Part shown: piece after piece, positions 58,128 to 64,000 of the stretch
Layout: every line of letters begins with the position of its first letter
How positions within the stretch are numbered: position 1 is the stretch's first letter
From: a virus
Strand: one strand, 5' to 3'
Length of the DNA: 64,000 nt
Virus record (IMG/VR): IMGVR_UViG_3300028835_001449
Location: 6,859-70,858 of that record
The notes under the pieces: generated by a model
What the model was told of the DNA's origin: nothing
Database searches by the model: none
Seen by the model: the letters and a program-made list of their open reading frames with translations, nothing else
Program-made: the position numbers and the translations under genes

Positions 58128-58829
58128 TTACACTTCTAATTTCATTATTGACAAATCTTTCATACTTATTGCTATATCATGGGTCACTTCGCCATCTTTC
58201 AAAAACTTTCTGACCAAGTTGGTAATGACGGCGGCAACCTGATAACCGACATCTATTATTGACCGAGCGGTGCATGGTAGTTCCTTTATCTCGCCCGGAC
58301 TGAACAAACTTTTCTCATACCAATCATACTTCATCGAATCGTTCACTGGTTGAAGTGATAACACTCTTATTGTCTCTCCGCCCAACCGGGCATCTATGAA
58401 CAACTCTACCTCGGGGTCTGCTTTCATTGACTCCCAAAGCTCTTTTCTACCACACCTTGGGTCCTTTTCTGTGGACTCCATACTATCTACTGCGGCTATA
58501 ACTATGCCCTTGAGCTTGTCATCATCCCAATCCCAAAACTTATTCTTCGTCTTTATTTTCGTACCGGTCAACAATTCTGTCAGCCCTGCTAATGCCCGCA
58601 CTTTTGGATGACCGACTGCTGTAAGAATATGAAACTGATTGGGTACGTTATGATCTTCTACCTTATCTCCATCCCACACTCTAATGTTTTTCAACCCCAA
58701 CTTAGCAAGGGCGACGACTGTAAACGAGCCGATACCACCTGCCCCGACTACTTCGATACGTCTGCCGTTATATGTTTCGGGGTCAAAAATGTCTTTCTGC
58801 CTTTTATAATTTGGCTTTTTTTCGGTCAT
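58128..58829 (-). CDS. ThiF/E1-like ubiquitin-activating enzyme
   Basis: RQ, VGAGGIGS, WDGDKVEDHN..NQ, K, AVDS, IDAR, PCT candidate catalytic Cys. Confidence 0.9.
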   Translation of the reverse strand: MTEKKPNYKRQKDIFDPETYNGRRIEVVGAGGIGSFTVVALAKLGLKNIRVWDGDKVEDHNVPNQFHILTAVGHPKVRALAGLTELLTGTKIKTKNKFWDWDDDKLKGIVIAAVDSMESTEKDPRCGRKELWESMKADPEVELFIDARLGGETIRVLSLQPVNDSMKYDWYEKSLFSPGEIKELPCTARSIIDVGYQVAAVITNLVRKFLKDGEVTHDIAISMKDLSIMKLEV

Positions 58830-60451
58830 AATACCTCACTTGGCTGAGATTTTCTCCTTGGTGCCCGCTTTGTCGCTTCTGCTAAAGTTCGTCCCTGCCC
58901 AGATATAAGATTCGTTACTGTCGTGTACGAATCATCTGGATTATAAGAATTGCAAAAATTCCAAATTACTTGAACGAGTAATAACCAATTCCAATCAGCC
59001 TTGAGCTGATTGATTCCTTTTCTAATAGAACCCCAACAAACTGAACGTCCACCGTCGGTTATATGAGGATGCTGATACTTCGTTTTCATGCCCCATTTTG
59101 TATTCCTAATATTAATTGTTCTTGGGGCTGTCATGCCAATTTTTATTGTGAACCCTCCTATATTATAATACTTAGAATCGGATTTTATAGTCGCATCCGC
59201 TGTTGTGACAACAAGATTATTACGATCTACATCCAAACTTTTCACAAATTCAAAATTCACAATCTCGTTAAACTGATCCTCTATCTGTTTTTGCAATGCC
59301 AAGCGTCTATCACTTGTAGAAGTGTCGAGCAATTTTTTCTTTACTTCAAGTTCTCCTGCAAGCTTTACTGAATTACCGATTATACCTTCCATATGCTTAC
59401 CAACCGGGGCCATTTCCTCAAGCTTTTCTAACACTACATTCACGCTCTGTTCAAACACGGACTCATAATACACCATATTCTTCCCGAACAATCGTCCGTA
59501 CTGTCTGAACACTGTCTGCCGGGCTTTCTTCGCTTCTGGATTCCCATTTAAACTATCCTTTAACGCTTTATAAGATTCAGACAAAAACTTCTCTGCCTGA
59601 TAAATTCCAATGGATGACTGTACGAGGTTAATCGACTGATTATACCGTTCTGCAAGCTGATTAATTTCATCCTTCAACTTAAGTATCATATTATCCGAGC
59701 TTGATAATAGAACGTCTGCAGCTTTCTGAACGATAGATTTGTCGACTCTAACACTTCCTAAATATTGCCTGACTTCTTCCTCGGCTTTCTTAACCTTATC
59801 AGTCTGCGCAGATATTAATCGCTTCCGAGACTCTGACTCATCCAATTTCAAACTTCCGTCTTTTGCAATACCAATATCCCCATGAACAGGAACGGCGGAA
59901 GCTACGGGGGCCCTGAGCTGAAGCTTGTTTAACGCTTCCATCATTGCTTCTCGGGTCTTTGCTCCCTTTACTGCATCTGCGAGTCCTAACCTCGTGTCCC
60001 AATCGATTTTATCTCCTGGGGACGGCATTGCACCGGGTCGTCCAGGACCCAATATTGCCTCTTCAAAGAACTCAGCGATAACATCTCCTACCGGAGTACG
60101 TTCTTCGGCGACCTGAGATTCGGCATCCTCTGTGGATCTTGGAGCCTGGCTAACAAAATCGCCTACTATCCTGCCTACCAAACCTTTACTAGCACAAAGC
60201 TGCAGAAATCCATTCACACTATCCTTATGTACTATTACCTGTTTATTAGTTGCCGATGGAACGACTAACAGACCTTGACTCTTTGCTGCTCTGCCTAGCT
60301 TGGAGATTATTTGACCAGACTCTAACTGCAGAGCATCTATTCCACTGCCCTCTGCAACTGTTATGTTAGCCCATTCTTGTCTGTTCATTCCTGTTAACTC
60401 CCCAAGATATACATTCGGGACATGAAATATTGGGTCAAATTCATCCCGCAT
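58826..60451 (-). CDS. Coiled-coil protein with C-terminal E2/UBC-like domain
   Basis: GGFTIKI...HPHITDGGRSVCWG resembles the E2 HPN-x7-C motif; between Ubl and E1. Confidence 0.72.
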   Translation of the reverse strand: MRDEFDPIFHVPNVYLGELTGMNRQEWANITVAEGSGIDALQLESGQIISKLGRAAKSQGLLVVPSATNKQVIVHKDSVNGFLQLCASKGLVGRIVGDFVSQAPRSTEDAESQVAEERTPVGDVIAEFFEEAILGPGRPGAMPSPGDKIDWDTRLGLADAVKGAKTREAMMEALNKLQLRAPVASAVPVHGDIGIAKDGSLKLDESESRKRLISAQTDKVKKAEEEVRQYLGSVRVDKSIVQKAADVLLSSSDNMILKLKDEINQLAERYNQSINLVQSSIGIYQAEKFLSESYKALKDSLNGNPEAKKARQTVFRQYGRLFGKNMVYYESVFEQSVNVVLEKLEEMAPVGKHMEGIIGNSVKLAGELEVKKKLLDTSTSDRRLALQKQIEDQFNEIVNFEFVKSLDVDRNNLVVTTADATIKSDSKYYNIGGFTIKIGMTAPRTINIRNTKWGMKTKYQHPHITDGGRSVCWGSIRKGINQLKADWNWLLLVQVIWNFCNSYNPDDSYTTVTNLISGQGRTLAEATKRAPRRKSQPSEVL

Positions 60452-60716
60452 CGATGTTGTCTATGCTGACGATCATGTCACCATTTTTGACTATGGCATC
60501 GGTATCGACCTGCCGAGAATTTAAGAAATACTGAACATCATCCCCGCCCTGCAGAAATCCTCTATCGATGAGGTCTGCAATTGTTGCTTCCCTGTCATCA
60601 GGGAGCGTGACGATTTTAGGGGGACGCCCGAGAGCGGCCACTTTTACTGTTCCTCTGGATAACCCTACTTCGTCATTGGTAACTTCTGTTTCATCTCTTT
60701 CATTTTCATCGGTCAT
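60441..60716 (-). CDS. Ubiquitin-like (beta-grasp) protein ending in Gly
   Basis: TVKVAALG..PKIVTL...ATIADLI...YFLN..V..DAIVKNGDMIV..DNIDAG*. Confidence 0.78.
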   Translation of the reverse strand: MTDENERDETEVTNDEVGLSRGTVKVAALGRPPKIVTLPDDREATIADLIDRGFLQGGDDVQYFLNSRQVDTDAIVKNGDMIVSIDNIDAG

Positions 60717-60733
60717 TTTGTTCCTCCTACTAT

Positions 60734-60761
60734 TATATTGTCATAGGTTCAAAACGTTCAC
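60734..60761 (-). promoter_or_regulatory. Phage promoter class A (GTGAAC-N11-ATGACAATATA) driving the Ubl operon
   Basis: Motif conserved at three sites. Confidence 0.72.
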
Positions 60762-61084
60762 AGAACTTCTTTCCTCATTATTGAAAGAAAGCTCGCTACG
60801 TCTATCATATGATTACTCGAGCCTACCTGCTTAATCACTTCTGCTGCCTTCGCCTCGTATGGTATTTCCTGATTCTTCTCCCATTCAGCAAGAACCATTT
60901 CCTGGCCTACGACTATTGACTCTATTAAATGAGCGAGAGTTATCTCTTTCATAGTCTTACCGCCATCAAGAACGACTATCGCGCCCTTATACAGAGCGAG
61001 AAGATAACACGCCCTTTCATACGCTGTGTGTAATTGAGGCGTGCGCTCTAACACTCTTTTATACTCTACCGTCTTCTCACTCAC
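60758..61084 (-). CDS. Hypothetical protein
   Basis: Coupled ORF with RBS. Confidence 0.55.
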   Translation of the reverse strand: MSEKTVEYKRVLERTPQLHTAYERACYLLALYKGAIVVLDGGKTMKEITLAHLIESIVVGQEMVLAEWEKNQEIPYEAKAAEVIKQVGSSNHMIDVASFLSIMRKEVL

Positions 61085-61662
61085 GAATATCTCCTATGCT
61101 TCTCGACCTTCTTTTTGAATACTTCCCAAACATTGACCGAAGAATTTTTAAACACCTGTTTTTGAACCGTCTTCCTGAACAGATAAAAATCCCTATTCGT
61201 AAACGCTTTTCTCATGGTTAAATACTCTGGATTGGCTAACGCACACTTTGAATAACAATTTACGCCTGTCAACAATGGTAACGAATTAAACTTAATACCG
61301 CCTGCTTCTGACAACGGACAATTATTGCAGTCAAGTCCGAACGTCATTGAATAATTACACCAGGGATTTGATGCGGCCATGAGAAACAGCACTTCTAACG
61401 TCCACAAATGCGGTCTGGACGAAATCGACCTCATCCTTGCCACTCTATATGCTGCGATTCTACGCACAAGATCATACCACACAGACCTAGCGGTTTCGAC
61501 CTTCTGGGAATCTGGATTGAGTAATTGTTTCTTCAACGCTGCCTGATAAAAATAGATAAGAGAGCTGAGAGCTTCTCGGCCAGGGTTCGCACAAAATAAC
61601 TCTAACGCCTTATAAAGCTCGGACATCTCATCCGTGATACCAGTCTTCAATTCAAGTTCCAT
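61081..61662 (-). CDS. Hypothetical Cys-containing protein
   Basis: WC...CNNCPL...C..C; downstream of class A promoter. Confidence 0.6.
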   Translation of the reverse strand: MELELKTGITDEMSELYKALELFCANPGREALSSLIYFYQAALKKQLLNPDSQKVETARSVWYDLVRRIAAYRVARMRSISSRPHLWTLEVLFLMAASNPWCNYSMTFGLDCNNCPLSEAGGIKFNSLPLLTGVNCYSKCALANPEYLTMRKAFTNRDFYLFRKTVQKQVFKNSSVNVWEVFKKKVEKHRRYS

Positions 61663-61679
61663 TCGAGTTTCCTCTCTCT

Positions 61680-61707
61680 TATATTGTCATCCGAGCGGAA
61701 CGGTCAC
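61680..61707 (-). promoter_or_regulatory. Phage promoter class A (GTGACC-N11-ATGACAATATA)
   Basis: Motif conserved at three sites. Confidence 0.7.
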
Positions 61708-61711
61708 TTGT

Positions 61712-62332
61712 TTAATGTTTTACTTTTGGCTGACTCTGCTTAATGCCCTTGAACCGAAGACAAAGATCGGCAAATACTCCCTGAATTTCACTCTGTTCTT
61801 TCTCCCAAATTGACAATGGGACTGATATAACAACATCTACTTTTGACGGAGCCAATGGAGCTACTTCATCTCCCCTATCCATTGCGGCTAAATCTACTGA
61901 CTGAGCTTGTTCCTCGTGCATACGTATCATATCGTCTATCTGTTCTGGGTCCCATCCGACCACATTATCCCTTAACGCCTTGTTCGCATCGTCCATAAAC
62001 CACTCTATTGCAATTTCATAATCTAAGCTGCCTTTCTCACCGGTTCGATACTCCGTGAAAATCCAGGGGAGATACTCTTCCGGTTTCAAATCCACGAACC
62101 GGCACTCCATAGTCTTCAGTCCCAACCTCTTCGTCGCCTCTAACCTGCAGTAACCTCCAAGCAGCGTATTATCATGTTTTGCGACAACGGCCGCTTCGAC
62201 AAATGCATACTTCTTCAACGATTCCATTACGTCAAGTACCTGCTCTTCGGGGTGGATTTTTGGGTTTCTGAGTAACTTGAGCTTCTCTATTGGAAACTCT
62301 ACGATTTCCATCGAATGACGTCTCTCACTCAT
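61712..62332 (-). CDS. ParB-like N-terminal domain protein
   Basis: PIEKLK..NPKIH..EQV..V.ESL..Y.F...VV...LLGG.CRLEA..RLG. Confidence 0.75.
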   Translation of the reverse strand: MSERRHSMEIVEFPIEKLKLLRNPKIHPEEQVLDVMESLKKYAFVEAAVVAKHDNTLLGGYCRLEATKRLGLKTMECRFVDLKPEEYLPWIFTEYRTGEKGSLDYEIAIEWFMDDANKALRDNVVGWDPEQIDDMIRMHEEQAQSVDLAAMDRGDEVAPLAPSKVDVVISVPLSIWEKEQSEIQGVFADLCLRFKGIKQSQPKVKH

Positions 62333-62341
62333 TACAACCTC

Positions 62342-62914
62342 CTAAAATTTCATAGCGATGAGCTTGCAAAAATGAACAAACTCACTATGAGTTCGATTAG
62401 ATTTTGACACATTACACCTATGACAAATTATCTGCACATCCTCCAACCTCACAACAATATCACCCTCGGTTCTATCCAACGTTGGACGCTCCATAAGAGA
62501 TGTTTGCCGATTATATAATAACTTCCCTCCACAATACCCACACTCCATCGTCTGCTCCGCCAACATCTTCAACTCCTGATAAGAAAACAACAACCGAAAG
62601 CCACGACGCTTATGAGAATACATACTCGTATGTGCCCACCTCAAATGAGGATTCTTATCGGCCCACCTATTATGTGCAATTCTTTTCCGCTCAACCACGC
62701 CTGGACGTTGATGATAAAGTCGTCCCGCCTCTTTTATCTGCTCCTTATGTGCCTCATAATACCTCTTCCGAATAGCACGAATTTTATCGGGATTTCGTCT
62801 CTTCCATTCTCTCTCCAACCTGTTGCGACGAAGCCGTCGCTCCTCCTCGCTCAGTTCAGATAACCGGATTCTCATCCCAATTTCTTTGATAACAGATAGT
62901 GAAGCTTTGCCCAA
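62342..62914 (-). CDS. HNH endonuclease-like protein
   Basis: CGYCG...PTLDR...ICHRCNVSK; basic N-terminal helices. Confidence 0.75.
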   Translation of the reverse strand: MGKASLSVIKEIGMRIRLSELSEEERRLRRNRLEREWKRRNPDKIRAIRKRYYEAHKEQIKEAGRLYHQRPGVVERKRIAHNRWADKNPHLRWAHTSMYSHKRRGFRLLFSYQELKMLAEQTMECGYCGGKLLYNRQTSLMERPTLDRTEGDIVVRLEDVQIICHRCNVSKSNRTHSEFVHFCKLIAMKF

Positions 62915-62996
62915 AACAAAGACTTCTTCCTTCGGATCTGATCCTCTGCGATCCTTCTAAACACATCTCTGATCCGATAAAGCATCTCCTCGTTCT

Positions 62997-63194
62997 TCAT
63001 TTCTCCACCTCAAACTCGGGCTTCTTCTCAGTAAAGATAACCGACTTGCAGGAAGGACACTGCTTCCGTACAAACTCCTCAAGCTCTTTCTCTGGCACTC
63101 CATCGCCTGAAATTTCGAAGGAGACAGGATAAAATTTCCCTCTGGGAGACTCAAGCCATACAATTCCTGAGTTCAGTTTCTTGGCTGTTCTCAT
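62997..63194 (-). CDS. Hypothetical protein
   Basis: GGAGG RBS; CPSC. Confidence 0.5.
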   Translation of the reverse strand: MRTAKKLNSGIVWLESPRGKFYPVSFEISGDGVPEKELEEFVRKQCPSCKSVIFTEKKPEFEVEK

Positions 63195-63442
63195 AGTCCC
63201 TCGCCTCCTTTATTTCTCGCCGGTTGTTTCTTTGATAAAAGCAACCGCCTTATCAAAAGTTGGCTCGAAATGCTCGATTGGAAAAGACGCATATCCCTGC
63301 ACGGCTTCCGTACTACTTGTAATGTTGATAATCCAACCATTGCTAATCCTTTTAAGAGTTATCTCCACACTTAATCACCTCCTTCTTTAGTTTGATAATC
63401 AATCAGCGCTGGATTAGGTTTGTCAGGAATAGGAACAATTTC

Positions 63443-63649
63443 CTATTCCATCGCTTCAATCGATGCTATTATACCGCCAACAGTTGCCTCAAGAAGATTA
63501 AATCCAGTTTTCAACACACCGTCCTTTTTCATTCGTCTGCCTAAATGCGCTTTTAAAAGGTCTGCCTGTCTTAATGCCTCTTTTGCTTCAAGGAGAATCT
63601 GTGCATTTGCACCTACAATCCGTCTTTTATCCTTTTCCATTCTTATCAC
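63443..63649 (-). CDS. Hypothetical protein
   Basis: GGAGG RBS. Confidence 0.5.
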   Translation of the reverse strand: MIRMEKDKRRIVGANAQILLEAKEALRQADLLKAHLGRRMKKDGVLKTGFNLLEATVGGIIASIEAME

Positions 63650-63658
63650 CTCCTTTTA

Positions 63659-64000
63659 TCAAACTTCCCTCGCATCAATATATGATACGCCGTTTGCATC
63701 CTTATGCACCCTGATTGCAGTATCATACTCTAACCGCAAATCGGAGTCATGCGAAATTATGTAAATTCCTTTTGTCTTCGCCCTTTCTTTGAGCAGCGCT
63801 ACGAGCCGTTCTGTTCCTGTCGAATCTAAGGACTCAACGACCTCGTCAAAGATTTGAATATTCGTATCTACTCCTCGCTGCCATGCGATTAAATCATGCA
63901 ATGCCAGAAGGACTATAACATCTACCCTGCGCTTTTCACCACCCGACGCCGTCGTATAGCTCGCCCTATCTTTATATTGTACTGCTACCTCAAACTTATC
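63659..64000 (-). CDS. SbcC/Rad50 (T4 gp46-like) ATPase, C-terminal part (truncated at window edge)
   Basis: Manually extended frame gives SGGEKRRVD signature, Walker B IFDE, D-loop SLD, H-loop IISH. Confidence 0.85.
   Translation of the reverse strand, partial: DKFEVAVQYKDRASYTTASGGEKRRVDVIVLLALHDLIAWQRGVDTNIQIFDEVVESLDSTGTERLVALLKERAKTKGIYIISHDSDLRLEYDTAIRVHKDANGVSYIDAREV

Noticed and set aside
58128-60716. ThiS/ThiF or MoaD/MoeB cofactor biosynthesis
   Set aside because: No thiG, moaE or sulfurtransferase nearby; E2-like and JAB genes in the same operon favour protein conjugation
56903-62332. Assignment to the plasmid-type PRTRC (ParB/ThiF) cassette because a ParB-like gene is nearby
   Set aside because: The ParB-like gene is separated by two genes and two promoters and resembles generic phage ParB-N proteins; linkage cannot be supported without HMM searches
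2212-63764. Numerous plus-strand ORFs in the track
   Set aside because: They are antisense shadows of well-supported minus-strand genes, without RBS or recognisable motifs
1-64000. CRISPR array, DGR/reverse transcriptase, integrase, intein/intron, alternative genetic code
   Set aside because: No spaced direct repeats or RT/integrase/intein motifs seen by eye; core genes are uninterrupted and TAA, TAG and TGA all end genes normally

Overview
This window is 64 kb of a tailed dsDNA bacteriophage genome (Caudoviricetes), with essentially all real genes on the minus strand and strong GGAGG ribosome-binding sites. In transcription order (right to left) it carries: a replication/middle region (SbcC/gp46-like ATPase end, HNH, ParB-like); a compact four-gene ubiquitin-like operon (Ubl, E2-like, E1/ThiF, JAB); terminase; a Cys-less QueD-like gene; T4-type portal; head accessory, membrane/lysis and head-fibre genes; T4-type prohead protease and major capsid protein; an ~18.5 kb island of about 20 sugar-modifying genes (GT9/GT2 glycosyltransferases, sulfotransferases, sulfatase-fold enzymes, methyltransferases, radical SAM enzymes, NDP-sugar enzymes); neck and siphovirus-type tail genes; an amidase; small early genes; a sigma-like factor; and a primase. 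The most notable observations are (1) a conserved ~25-aa N-terminal motif, YxNx5QVxYDx4Px4PG[EK], shared by two glycosyltransferases and three small head-region proteins, suggesting a capsid-docking tag that recruits a virion-glycosylation machinery, and (2) a complete phage-encoded Ubl/E1/E2/JAB system with its own promoter. Two distinct phage promoter classes and a -1 frameshift site are also visible. All product calls come from motif recognition by eye; no database searches were run.
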